A stretch of 64,000 bases of DNA from Moniliella sp. 'wahieum' (taxonomy: Eukaryota): NCBI GenBank assembly GCA_003971905.1, contig RSEE01000052.1, positions 372,001-436,000 on the forward strand. Reading direction: 5' to 3'. Position 1 is the stretch's first letter, and every line of letters starts with the position of its first letter. Of the stretch, positions 51,680 through 64,000 are shown in pieces. The notes beneath the pieces are model-generated. The model was given only the letters and a program-made list of their open reading frames with translations, was not told where the DNA came from and searched no databases. A program made the position numbers and the translations under genes.

Positions 51680-53694
51680 CTAGGGTGCCCGTGCCAGAGC
51701 CTGCAGCGTGAGCATAGAAGAGTAGGCTGCGGTGGTCGAGCAGGGCAAGAGGTCAGGTCCCTTTCGCTTTCTCGCACGCGGGCAAGACGACGGGGAGTGC
51801 GGGGGACGTACCTTGTCGACACACGGGGCACGTATAACTCGCCCACTTTTTCTTTCTTGTACTTCGCGAGTTGGCCACCTTTTCGTTCTTTTTCCGCGAC
51901 GCTTCGCGCAGCTGCAGCGCACAGTCCTTGCACACTGCGTGCGTGCAGGGCAACAGCAACGTATGCGGCGGGTCGGTGAAGCAGATGGGACACTCGGCTT
52001 CCTCCTCCTCCTCTTCCCGTTCCAGCCCATAAATCGCATGCAGCCCAAACCGGATCCGGCCCACCACTGCTTCTTGGCGCACCGCATGCACGTGCCACGT
52101 AGGCTCGCGCTCAGCTTGCTCCGCCGGCTCGTCGCCGTCGTTGCCGCCTGCAGCAGCCGACTGCGTACATGTCAAGTAGGTGATTTGCGCATTGCGCGGC
52201 GTACGCACTCCCTTGTCGTCCAGCGTGTCCAGCACAATGGCTAGCTGAAGCTCCTTGGTCCATTGCGCGTCCCCATCGACTGCGTCGTCATCGGCAGCGC
52301 CAGCCTCGATATCGGGGTCCGCAGGCACGTCCAAGCCCACCAGGCCCAGGCCGGAGGCTCGGTGGCCAGCGGCGGCTCGGGCGGCTCGGCACGCTCCTGG
52401 TGCTCGTGCTGCTCGTCGGGATCTTGCTCCAGAAGCGGGGTGTGGGAGTTGGAGCGCGCATGTGCCGGTGTGGGGGGGCTGGGCGCGCAGGGCATCGGTG
52501 ATTTGCGCGTGGAGCGGGTCGAGGGCAAGGGGGAGAGCAAGGTGCTGACCAAACGCGCGACCAGGCACCTGCGTCGGTCCTAGCACCAAGCAAGCTACCC
52601 ACTCGGTCCCCCACGTGGGCGCCACAACATCCTGGAGCGAGTCGGAGCTATCCACCACACTGCGCGCAAAGATACGCACCTGCACCCCTTGCTCCGACGC
52701 ACAATCGTACTTCAACTCGAGCTGGTCGTAAAGTGCACCGTCTGAGATCGGACCGAGGACAAGAGCTGCAGATAGGCACACACCGTTGGCGCCGCCTTGT
52801 CCTGCGGGTCCTTGCTGCTGCTCGTACTGCTGGCTTCGGTCGTCGCAGTCGCGGTCGGGGTGTGAGGCTGGCGGTGCTTCCGCCAATGGGGAGAGTGAGT
52901 GTGGTGGCGCCCGATACAGCGCGGTCACCATCGCCATTGCCATCGCGGTCGCCATGGCCGTCGCCCTCGCCGTCGTCTGCAGCTTGGACGTCTTTCTTGG
53001 CCGCCTGTTCCAGCCGTTTTTGTCGCGCGGCCGCCTTGGCCTGGCGCGCCTTATCTTTCTCCCCCACGTCCTGCACGTACTTGGCCTGCCACCCGAGCCA
53101 GGAGACCAACGTGTGCAGCGCCACCGCACTACATCCTCCACCTCTGCCGCATGGGTCGGGGACATGAGCTGGTCCACGGGCGGGCCAAAGACCGTAGCGG
53201 CTTCCAGCTGTTCTCGCCGCGTGGGGGGATGGGCAGTGGGTCGGTACGCGAGGCCAGCCAGTGCGTCGCGCTCGCCAATGGGTTCCACCCAGGAAGAAGC
53301 GACAACGTCCGACGCACGTCCGCTAACAACGTGCCTGTCCGACTGGGCGGGCCTGACTCGCTCGGTGCCCGACTCCGACTCCGACTCGTCCCCCGCCCGC
53401 GCGCCTGCGAGTGCTGCGACGCGACGCGCGACCGGCCGCCGGTGGGCGAGCCAACGCCCAGGAAGCCAGAGTCCAGCGCGGGCTCGGGCAAGGCTCGGGC
53501 ACAGACGTGAGCCCAGTCCGGACCCAGACCCGGGCTGGCTCAGCAGCTGGTCGGTGGACTGGAACGCGGCAAAGTCAGGATGCGTCGGGTGCAGACTAAG
53601 GTCCAGCTCGCTCGCTTCCTCCGACACGCGGCTCGCAATCGGGTGCAGCGGGTGGGGCCTCGACGGTGTGCGCTTGGTATCCGAACGCCGACAT
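51680..53694 (-). CDS. C3HC4 RING finger protein, probable E3 ligase of MGRN1/RNF157 type
   Basis: CPICFTDPPHTLLLPCTHAVCKDCA...CPVCRQ preceded by AQITYL and RQEAVVGRIRFGLHAIYGL; intron donor at ~51811. Confidence 0.75.
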
Positions 53695-54569
53695 GGCGTC
53701 GGGAGGTGTAGGGTAGGGGTGGGTAGGGTAGTGGTAGTGGTGGTGGTGGCGGACCAAAGTAGCCAACCGAGGCGCTCGGCAGGAGCGACATGCGACACGC
53801 CTCGCGCCACCTCCCACCTCCGCCCTGCTCCGCTCGGCACCCGCCCCGGCTGCAGCCGACAGGACACTGCCCCCGCGCGGGCTGCGCTGGGCGGCTTGGC
53901 TCGCCGCTGCGGAAGACTGCGGCGGGCGGAGTCCGAGGGCAGGGGGGGGCTCTTATTTATTGCACTCCGTCCGTTCGATCGTCCCATCGATCCCGCCCAT
54001 CGCTCATCCTATCCATATCCAGCGGTACTTGACGCGCCACTAGCCACGCACCAACCCCCTCGATCGCCCCGCCGGTGGCCAGCAGAGAGCGCAGTGGACA
54101 CGCGTTGCTCGCTGACTCTCGCGTGCCAGTTGGAATGTGCATCCACATCTACATCCGCATCCACCGCCGCACAACAATCGTTGGTTGTGTGCCTCCCAGC
54201 CGTGTCAGTGCTCTCATCCTCCTCATCGGCAGCATTACAATTACAACACACACCGAGTGGTGGCAAGAGTGCCGGGTGGTGTTACATGTCATGGGCGTAG
54301 AGCCCCGTAGCACTATAACAACGCAAAAGAACCTCATAATAGATGATATGGTACAGACTCCCTATCGTATGATACCGATTGAAGCCAGGGAAGCAGCCCC
54401 AAGCACACCCCCAAGAATAGCATCAGCCAGAACGAAAAGAAGGAACAGAACGGCTTGGCTGCTGGAACGCAGCACCTTTGCGCTGTGCAAGAAAAAATGG
54501 TTTGTTTGGAAACGATCGTGAGGCAACGAAGAGACATTATGCATTATGCATGATGCATGGTACTACTCG

Positions 54570-55403
54570 TCACGGTGCCCGTCGTACGCCACCTGGCGCG
54601 CGACCAAGTGCTTGATCCGGCGCCACGAAAGATGGGCTGCGTGGGGCGAGGCGGCGGCGGGCAGCGCGGAAGCCAAGCATGGCCGGGGGGAAGGAGGCCG
54701 GCACAGTCACCGTCACTTCGACAGGAGGCATCCCTGCCCTCTCGTCCGGGGAGAGAGCGGGGAAGGGGAGTGCAAGTGGGCCCGAGTGTACAGTCCCACC
54801 ACCGCGCTCAACGGGCAAGGCGGAGGGGACAGAGAAACAGATCGTCTCCGACGGGTCCCAGCGCGAGAGCGTCACGTTCACGGTCCATGCCTGCGGGGCG
54901 GGGCGAGGCACGGGAGAAACCGGGCCCGAAGAGCGGTATCGACTTCCCTGGGGGGGAGACGGGTCGGCCTGCGTGTCTTGCACAAACGTGGTCTTGACTC
55001 CGTGGAAAGAAGGCGCGAGGGAAAAGAAGCCCTCGCGAACGTCTCGATGGTGAGGTGGACCGTGTCTGCACCAACGAGATGCGCACATTCCTCCGCTTTG
55101 GGCGCCCCGGGCATACGGCCAAAAGGGGCGGGGGCGGAGGTGCGCGGTGGTGAGCTCGACCGGGATGGAATGTAGGCGGGTGGGGGGGGGGAAGAGGGGA
55201 CCGCCACGTCGGGGCAAAAGGGACACGTTGTGGATCTGTGGCAGCAAAGGGAGACGGTGGTGTCAGGACTAGAACGCGAGACCATCTAGCAAAACTAAAA
55301 GAGTATACATCCAGGCCAAAAGTATAAAGGACACAGAGAGAGAAGACGTACGATCAAGAGAAGAGACACCAAGACACACACTCCAAGGAAGAATGCAGAC
55401 ATG
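54570..55403 (-). CDS. Hypothetical protein with hydrophobic N-terminus
   Basis: ATG near 55403 followed by hydrophobic codons (MSAFFLGVC...), open 225-codon stretch 54570-55247; divergent from the Stn1-like gene; no domain recognised. Confidence 0.35.
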
Positions 55404-55934
55404 ATGCGGATGATGCTGGTGCGCCTGGACGGGAGCTGTGGGTGGGGCATGCCTTTGCAGACACCCACTCTGCGTCGTGTTCTTCATCAACAAGGTGGTG
55501 TCGTGTTTGGAATCGTTTTGTTGATGGCCGGAAGGGTGAGGCCGACAGGTTCAGCCGGCGGGACAGGTACGAGGGCGGGGCGAGGGTGGGTGGGCAGGGG
55601 CATGGGCATGGGTGGCGCGTGAGAAGAAGCGGCAAGGAGGGCGGAGAGGGCGGAGGAAGATATATATCTGCTGCTGCCCACCAACGCCCTGCCCGCAAGC
55701 CCCGCAGGTGCGCCCGCGGGGGCGGACACTGCGTGGCTGCCAGCGCGGCACAGCAGGCAGGGGGCAGTGGCTGGGTCCAGCGCCGCTCTGCGCTGCTGCG
55801 CATGGGTGCGCAGTGGGTCACGTGGTCACGTGCCCACAGGCCGCCTCCTGGCACGCGCGCGCTGAGGTCAGCGGGCGGGCGGTGGCTGCCCAACACAATC
55901 GGCGGCGCTGGGCGGTGGCTCGTGGTTGCTGGCC

Positions 55935-58253
55935 ATGGCCATGGCCATGCCAGCCACCGCCGCCGCGGCCACCACCACCACCACCACGCCTTCCCCCACG
56001 CACATCGACTTTACCTCCTACTCGCATGTCGCCGCTGTGGTGCAGGCCGCGTCGGCGACGCCGCTGCGGACGAGCGCGTGGGATGTGGACCACAGCCTGC
56101 GTCCGCTGCGTCTGATTCCGGCCGTGTACGGCGGCGGCGAGTCGCGTGCGGCCGCGTCGCTGGGTGCGAATGTGTACTGGCTGCATGCTCGTCCTGCGTG
56201 CCAGTTCGAGCTGGTGGGAGAGGTGCTGTGCGCGAGGTGCGCGAGACGTGTCTCGAGTGGCTGCTGGACGATGGCACGGGCCTGCTCCGCGTGCGTCTGG
56301 CCCACACCAAGGTCCCCCTTTCGGATGCCGACGCTCATTTGCACCGTTCCCTGCGTCCCGATCTCCGGCCTCCCGCTCCCCAGCCTCGTCCCGCACAGCC
56401 ACCGCGGCCTAGCTTGGCCCATCGCGGCTTTCGCGAGAGCCAGACCATGTCGGCCAAGGCCAGGGGCAAGTTGCGCCACATCGAAGCGCCTCTGCCCGTC
56501 TTGCCATGCGACGCTGACGCTCCCACGACCTACCCGATTGGGAGGTTCTGCGCCGCCCCGGGTGCCCAAGGGCGCATGGCAACGCCGCTTTGGCTTCGAC
56601 TTGGCCCAACCGCTCAGGCCGAGCCCCGGGGCAGAAGCCGAGGTGCCGCCCGAGTACCGCGTCGTCCCCGTACCCACCCGCGCTCGGCTTCGTCCGACCG
56701 GCCCGGTGGGATCGGCGTGGGTGTACGTGCCTGCGGTGGAGGAGAGCGAGGTGGCCGTGGGAACGATGGTGAAGGTGCGGGGTAGTATCGGCAGGTGGCG
56801 GAATGCGCCCTTGCTCCAACTCGAGTCGGCCAAAGCGTTGACAGTGGTGGACCTGGCGCAACAGGCGGAGCATGTGCAAGCTTACTATACTGCCTCTCGC
56901 TTCCCGGCCGCGTACCACACCCTTCTTACCGCTGAGGAAGTGCCCTTGCCCACCTACCGCCAGCCTTGGGCGGCAGCGGACGAAGGGGTGGAAGAGCTGT
57001 ACGAGCGGATGAGGAGGATGGTAGATCCAGCATGGGACGGGGAGGAGCCGGCTGTGCGCCACGAGCCGTGCCAGATGGAGAGCCCACCCCCGGCCCCAAG
57101 GCCCCAAAGGTCCTTCGAAGAAAGGCAGGACGATTACCTCCGTGCCATGTTTGCCATGGCCGATGATTCTCGTGCTCCTCGGCTCGAAGTCCACCTTTCC
57201 ACCACCCCTTCCAAACCGTTGACGCGCGACCAGGAAGCGTTCAAGGCGCAGTTCCATCGGGCCCCTGTCGATCGTCCTTCGGGCGCCGCTGCGCCACGCG
57301 CCAAACTCAGCGGCATGACCCACTCGACCGCCACCGTTCTCGCGCGCGAAGAGGACACTACCTTGCTGCTGCGCGTGCGCGCGATGCCACCCACGCCCCA
57401 ACCCACCACACCGCCCGCGGCCAAGCGCGCCCACAGTCTCACCCCCACCCCTCGTGCTCCCAAGCGGAAACGACTTTTGCCGCCTGATCAGCTCGCACCC
57501 AAGCACCTGGCCACCAACACCGTCGGTCTCTACATGCTGGAATGGCTCAAGACGCATTGTGCTGGCCGGGCAGACGGGCAGGCGGGCCACCGGAAGGATG
57601 GACGCTACGGTACCTGCGCCGCGTTCCGCGCCTGCAAACCGTCGTGCGTCGTGTCATTCTTGCCCAGATGGCCAAGCACGGACGTGCGTCGTCCGAGGGC
57701 GTCGAGGCCAAGGCCAAACGCCTGTTTGCGCATATGGTCCGAACGCTCTGGAAGGGGGGCAAGATCGTGCCTGCGCCTCCTGGGTTACGTATCAAGCCGC
57801 CGTACGATGGTCGCATGCCCAACTTGCCCCCGCGCGAGCGCAGCAAGTTCACCCGCACCTCCTCCTTTGGCACCACGGTGGAAGAGTGGATGTCGCTTTC
57901 CGAGGAAGGCCAGGGCCATGCGCCCCCGTCGTCCGGTGCGTATGCTGGCCTAGAAACGCCGGCAAGTAGCATGCTCGGGTCCAGCAGCGAGGCGGACGAC
58001 GACTTGGTTTCCCCTGTCCGACTCGGACGACGCACAGGAAACGTACCAGTTGGTCACGCCCAATTTGATCGTCGCGGCACTGCAGCCGCTGGTGCGCCGA
58101 CCGCCGTCCAGCGCCTCAAAGACCCCACAGGCGTTGCATCTGTTGCAACGAGCGGACCTGAGGTGGATGCATCTCTCGCGACCGAGGCCGTTGCGCACGC
58201 ACTGGGCAAAGCTTGGGGGCAGTCGCGATGAGGCTTCCGGCCTCAGGCCCTGA
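55935..58253 (+). CDS. Stn1/RPA2-like OB-fold protein, probable CST telomere-capping subunit
   Basis: FELVGEV, WLLDDGTG, VGTMVKVRGSIGRWRN..L, in different frames; helical C-terminal region; assignment rests on motifs only. Confidence 0.6.
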
Positions 58254-58730
58254 AGCCCGGCCTGAGGCCGAGGAGCGCGAGCGGGACCATGTATGTACTG
58301 TACTACTACTATGCACATCGCAAAGGGCAAGTCGGACCCCCCGCCAATCCTACGATAGCATGCTCCTGTTATTCAGTTTACAGCACGGTGGATCGGGCTC
58401 TGTTTAGTTTAGGCTTAGTAGGAAAGAAGAAACGAGGAAACAGGAAGCGGATGCAATACGAAGCGGCCTAGGGAAGGCATAGTAGGATACAAATGGAAGC
58501 GAGTGTGGATCGTTGGAGCGAAGGTGGGTGAGGGGCGAGAGAGGCTTGGAAAGCGAGAATGAAAAGGCAAATAGTAGAGACAGGAGGCTCAAGGGGGCGC
58601 CAGGCCCCTTGTCCCTTGCCACCCGCCGGAACCAACGGATGGGAACCGGTAATGGTCCTATCGTGCGTGGCATGTCGCTGTGACACGCGGGCAGAAAGGC
58701 AGCAAGCAGGCACGGCATCCTACGACGCAC

Positions 58731-61304
58731 TCAGCCGAGCGACCGACTTGCGTTCGGTGATGCGGCGCGCTTACGTTCGGGCGAGGCGGCGCGCGCCGCC
58801 GCATTGCGCGGAGGCGGATTGGCAAACACGGTCGCGCCGCGCGCCTTGGGCGCCGTCCGGCGTCTGGTCGACGCAAGCGGCGGTAAATCCTCTTTGCCCA
58901 GACTGAGCGGACGAGACTTGGGGGGACTAGCGGGGGGCCTGCTCGGGCTCGGGGCACGACTGGGGAAGGCCTTGAGTTGAGGCGCGACGAGCGGGCTGAG
59001 ACTGCGCCGCGTAGGCGAAGGCGATTGCCTCGGCCGCGGCACCTGCAGCCCTGCAGTGACCAACGACGGGGTGGAGGGGACGTGCGCAAGCGGCGGCACG
59101 GGCGGCACGGGCGGGACCGAGGCCGGGGCCAGACGCCGAGTGACGACATTCTTCGTCGGAGACAGGTCAAGCGGGCGCGACGAGAGTACAGGACGAAGAT
59201 CGTGCTGCTTGTTGGGGGTCAGAGAGCCTTGTCTTTCCCGCTGAGCAGGGCTGGGACTGGCGATCGCACGGCGCGGATCCGTGACTACCCTGCGTTGGCG
59301 TGGGCTGGGAGTGGCATACGACGCGTTCCGTTGCGCCGATACGAACGACACCCGTCGTCCTCGCCGCATCTCGGACACGGAGCGCTTGGAGACGGACAGT
59401 CTGCGATGAGTGGATTTCGTCCGTCCCGTTCCACTTGCCATGCTCATACCCGGGGAGAGGGGGACATCCAGACGCGTCGTCGGTCGAGCTGGCTCCCGTG
59501 CTGGGGGGCGCGAGCAGAAGGCTCGTGGCTCCCCCGACGATGGTTTTGAGAACAAGAACAAGAGTATCGTACTGCTGCTGAATCCGTATGGCCTTGGTCT
59601 CCGCCTGGAGCTTGCACTCAAACCGGCTAACGCGGAACGGGCGCTGTCGTCAAGGTTGGGATTGCGCAGAGGGGTGGAGAGGGCGGTGCTAAAGGTCTTG
59701 TGTGCTGCGTCGAGCGCACGAGACGAAGCGAGCAGGTCGCGGCCTTGCATCTTGCTCTCCTGCAGAGCGAGAGCTTCTTGTAACCCCCGGTGCGCTGGGT
59801 GGGAGACGAGCTTGGAACGGATCACCTCGGCTTGGATATGAGCCGCGTGGAGGTGAACTTGCAGCGGTGCATTTGCCTCGACCGACGCGCGGTAGATGGC
59901 AGCGGCGCTGATCATCTCCTCCTGCCCTGCCTTGAGAAGGGTAGCCAGTTCCTGCTTCTTCCTCTCGTCAACGTCCGATGAGAGGGTTTTGCCCTGCTCG
60001 AGAAGACTCTTGAGACGCGCATTCTGTTCCTGTAGCTCCAGAATCGCCTTGGCATACGACTCGACATGCCGATCCACATTGATCAAGTTCTGGCTCACCT
60101 TGGTCCGGATTGACTTGGCCGAGGCGGCGTATTTGAGCGTCTTGTGCGTCTCTTCAAAGTGCTCCGAAGATGGCGACACACACAATCATCACCGTGCGAC
60201 AGTTGCCGCCCAACGAAAACTTGAGCAGCCGGGTCAACTTCGAGTCGCGATAGGCACATGTTTGTGGCCCCCGCGGCAGAGAGCGTTGATGCAGTTGGCC
60301 AAAGCAAGAAGAGAACGGTTGATATTGGCTCCTTCCATCATGCGTTGTCCACGGTTCCGTGTCGCGGAAGCGCGTTCGGACCCAGCAAGGTCGATGATGT
60401 TGAGGCTAGCCGAGGTACACTCCTCACTCAACCCCATGTCCTTGGGGCGCTGCGTCAGGTTCACCTGCAACACGGCATGCGAGCGGGAGGAGACTGCGTT
60501 GGCCTCGGTGGGGCTCATGGTGCGACGACGATTGCCTTCGGTAATGAGCTCCAGCACTTCTTTCGGTGAGCTTGGCGTGTGTTCACTGAGGCCTACCACA
60601 CTGATCTTGGTTCCACGACCGCACGCTGAGTCGCGCAAAGGCAGGCCTTGCCCGGGGGGGGTAGGCGTGGAGGAGAGCAAATCACGAATCTGCTCATTGT
60701 AGATCTCCAAATACGAGAGCTTGATCGTCACATCCTTCTCGTCCGCAACATCTTGCGCGCGCTGGAACAAATCCGACATGGTTTGGAAGATGATGCCCGG
60801 GTCGGTGGGTGTTCCCGAGATGGTGTGGGTCTTGCCACAGCCGGTAGCCTGCTCGTTCGTGTCAGCCAACTGGGGGATCATCGATCAAGCCGGAAGCGAA
60901 ACAATCCATACGTACACCATAGGCAAAGACAGTAGCGTTAAACCCATTGAGGACACCGTCCAGCATGGGCTGGACCGTGCCAGCATACACCTCCTGCTGG
61001 GTAGCCTGCTCGGGGAAGACATGGTCAAAGGCGTAGCGGGCGTCTTTGTTGGGGCGGGCGCCATGGCAGAAAGCAGGATTGGCTTGGCGGAGGCGCTTGA
61101 GCGCCTCGCGGTCGGGAGGATCAAAGACCAGGACGCGCTCACTGACCACACTGACAATCGAGCGCAACTTTTTGCCGCGCGGTTCGGGGGGCGGACAAAG
61201 CCGCCGTCGCCAAGGAAGGGGTCGTCGTCGTCAGGAAGCAGGTGCGGGAGCTCCTTGGCGTTGAAGGGACGCACGCGGACGGCAACCGAGATGCTGGACT
61301 CCAT
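58731..61304 (-). CDS. KIP3: Kinesin-8 (Kip3-like) motor
   Basis: [112 protein letters not shown]. Confidence 0.92.
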
Positions 61305-61729
61305 GGTGGGTCATGCGCAGCCGCCGCTGGGGGAGGGAGGTGGTTAAGGCAGAGGTGGGTTGGCAGAGGCAGCAGCGGCTGGCGGCTGCAGCCCTAATAA
61401 CGGCATGGCAGGTAGATGTTCAGACGACAATGACCTAATGGGGCGGTGAAATGTTCAACACGCCCCTCGCTCTCCAGACGGATGGTGGATGATCGATGCG
61501 TCGCTCACCGGTGATCCGCGTGTGGCCGCAGCCGCATAACCACGCCGCTTGGAATGGAGATGTCCCACATTTTGGTGCTGGCCCGCGGCTCTTGCTATGT
61601 CTGCCTGCCCTGCGTGTGCCACCCCCACCTATCCGCCCCTACGCAGCGAAACCCCCCATCACCACCACCACCAGCAGAAGCATGCACAATAGTTACGAGA
61701 GCGGATGACAGGGAAGAGACACGTTTTTT

Positions 61730-63280
61730 TTAGTTAGGCAAAGGGGCTGCTGTCAGCCAGGTACCCGTTGCTGTCAATGTGGGCGCGCCTGGCGTGGGCA
61801 GATCGTCCGGCCCCAAGTCCTGGTCAGGCGCATACACCACCGGCGGCGAAGGGCTGACACGGCCATAGCGTTCTTTCGCGTTGCGCGACATGATTCCCGT
61901 TAAAGGACCGAGCAGACGAGTGAACTGCTTCTCGCTCAACTTGGCCACCTTGAGCCCTTCAGGAGAGATACCCACTGAGGCTGCACGCGGTGTGTTGTAC
62001 AGCAGTGCCAGCTCTCCAAAGTAATCCCCCCTTCCTAGGCGAGAGACAGTCACCTCATCCTCCGCAACCTCAGGGAAAGGCGGGTGGGGCTCCGTTGGGG
62101 TGCCCACCGCGCTCGTCTTGCGCTTGCGCACCTCAGCCTGGCCTTGGATGATGATGAAGAATTCCCGCCCCTTTTCGCCTTGTTTGACCGGCCGGTCATG
62201 CACCGAGTACGAAGCAATTTGAAGCGAGTCTGCAAGTTTGGCCCGTTCCTCGCTGCGCATTTGCTCAAAAAGTGGGACTTCCTTGAGGAACATGTCAAAC
62301 AGCTGCCGCTTCCGCAGCGCCGAGTCGAGCAAAATGGTACGGAAAGTGACCCGATCCACTGCCCATAGTGTGCAAGGGGAAGTGGAAATGACGGAGGCGG
62401 CTCGCGGCTGCGCGTACATCAATGCCAGTTCGCCAAACGAGTCTCCCGCACCATAGGACAAAACCTTTTCCCCGAAATCCGTCGAGGACACTTTACTATT
62501 CCCTGTGCCGTTCTCCAAGTCCACCGACCCAGCCGAGCTGATGCTGCTGCCTTCCTCCACTGGTGGGCGCTTGAACGCCTCGAGGGTGCCTGTGCCCACA
62601 ATGTAAAAGTAGTCTCCCTCTTGCCCTTGTTCGATGACAGGCTTGTTGGCAGGCACTTTCACTTCCTTCATGGCGAGAAGGACAGCATGGTACTGTTCCT
62701 CATCAAGATTGTTAAAAGGAAATGGTTCTGGACAGCCTCACGCAAGCGGGCCATCTGTTCCTCCGTCTTGTGGATCTGCGGCACCTCCGGCGCAGTCGCA
62801 TTGACCGGCAGCGACTCGGCCGAGACCGAAGTGCGCCGGCGCAGGTCCAGGAAGGCCGGGGTCAATTGGGGCAAGTGGTGCTCGGGCTCGTCGTCGGTAG
62901 ACTCGGTGCTCGCATTGCTATCCCAAGAGTTGCGGAAGGTGACGCCACCGGGGTGTGGACGCTGGGCGCGGGTGCGGGGGGAAAGGCGCGGCCGATCCAA
63001 ACACATTTTGAGAGGGAAAGAGGGAGGTGGAGGTAGGCGATCGGGAGCGAGGGGGCGCAGCGGCAGGGACAGGGGGAGGGGCAGCAGGAGTGGCAGTCGC
63101 AATGGACGCGGCCGAAGCGCGGGCGAGGGGCGGAGCGGTTCTGCAGAAGAAGAAGGCGCTCGCGCTCCAGACGATGGTTGAACCAGTTGGCGCAGAACTG
63201 AAGCACGTCGCCGGCCGGGCGCGGGCCACGTCGCGGTTGAGCTCGTTGAGGATCTGGACAAACTCGTTGGGCACGGCCAT
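61730..63280 (-). CDS. BCY1: cAMP-dependent protein kinase regulatory subunit
   Basis: Docking domain ELNRDVARARP.DVLQFCANWF, inhibitory site RRTSVSAES, two cNMP-binding cassettes FGELALMYAQPRAAS and YFGELALLYNTPRAAS. Confidence 0.96.
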
Positions 63281-64000
63281 GGCGAGGCAGTGGTGGGGGC
63301 AGGCGCGCGAGCTGGGCCGGGGAGGATGACGCGAGGGCAGGCGCGGATGACGGCGGCGGGCACGAGCTCGGGCTCGGGCTCGAGCGCAACCCTCTGCTCC
63401 GCAGCGCTCCCAACTTGGCCCTGCGCGCAGAACACCGCCCCCGTGCCCCAGCCTCCCCACACCGCGTGGGGGCAGTGTTGCGCACCGACCGCGCCAGGCG
63501 TGCCCAGCAGCGCGGGGGGCCAGTGTAGCCCTGCAGTAGGGTTGTCCGTGCGGCTTGCCGTATGCCACGTGTAGCCTTGCACATCACACGTCACACATGC
63601 ATCACGCCACGCATATCACACGCCCCATGGGACCGTCGCCCAGCCGCTGCAGCATGGTCACGTGGCCAGACAGCATGGCGGATGCCAAGCTCTGCGGCAC
63701 CCAACCATGGACCGTCAGGCGTCAGGTGACGCCTCAGGCCCATCAGGTGTATCAGGATGCCTCAGGGATGCCTCAGACCATCAGGGGGGCGCGACAAGGA
63801 AGTGCCACCATCGCCTCCCCCTCGCCGTTAGCGTGCCCTTGTTGAGCCACCGGGTGGCTCGTGTGTTTGACCATTGAAGGTCACTTCGGTCCCTCTCTTT
63901 ATTAGGCCTCAGGCCTCAGGCCGCAAACCGCTTACGGTTCCCTTTTGTTTCTCTCTCGCTTCTGGTCCTCTTCGTTCCGCAGCATAGCCCCTGGTGGAGA

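Noticed and set aside
2247..63280. Frameshifts in nearly all genes, read as pseudogenisation, programmed frameshifting or RNA editing
   Set aside because: They hit essential genes (SUI2, FKS1, SMT3, G6PD) indiscriminately, are mostly 1-nt losses often in short homopolymers, and leave the protein motifs intact. This is the typical error profile of an unpolished long-read assembly; short-read polishing would settle it.

Overview
Gene-dense, GC-rich eukaryotic DNA from a fungus, most likely a basidiomycete (GT-AG introns with CTRAC branch points, a Zn2Cys6 factor, FKS1, an acidic RPS19 tail). About 20 mostly housekeeping genes can be recognised: S53 peptidase, Zn2Cys6 TF, F-box-like protein, mitochondrial carrier, Pps1-like phosphatase, RPS19, eIF2-alpha, SUMO, cornichon/Erv14, F-BAR-SH3 protein, SET/post-SET protein, CPA1 with an arginine attenuator uORF, MEMO1, Opy2-like protein, FKS1, G6PD, RING ligase, Stn1-like protein, kinesin-8 and the PKA regulatory subunit. 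Almost every gene is broken by 1-2 nt indels, which points to an unpolished long-read assembly rather than pseudogenes, so CDS limits are approximate. The most unusual signal is non-coding. Intergenic DNA across the whole window carries short tandem arrays with a 7-bp grammar: an A-x-y-y'-x'-T hexameric palindrome plus one spacer base. The palindrome can change within an array while register and spacer base are kept. Also notable: an arginine attenuator uORF that overlaps the CPA1 start codon, and a SUMO gene with four consecutive micro-exons.
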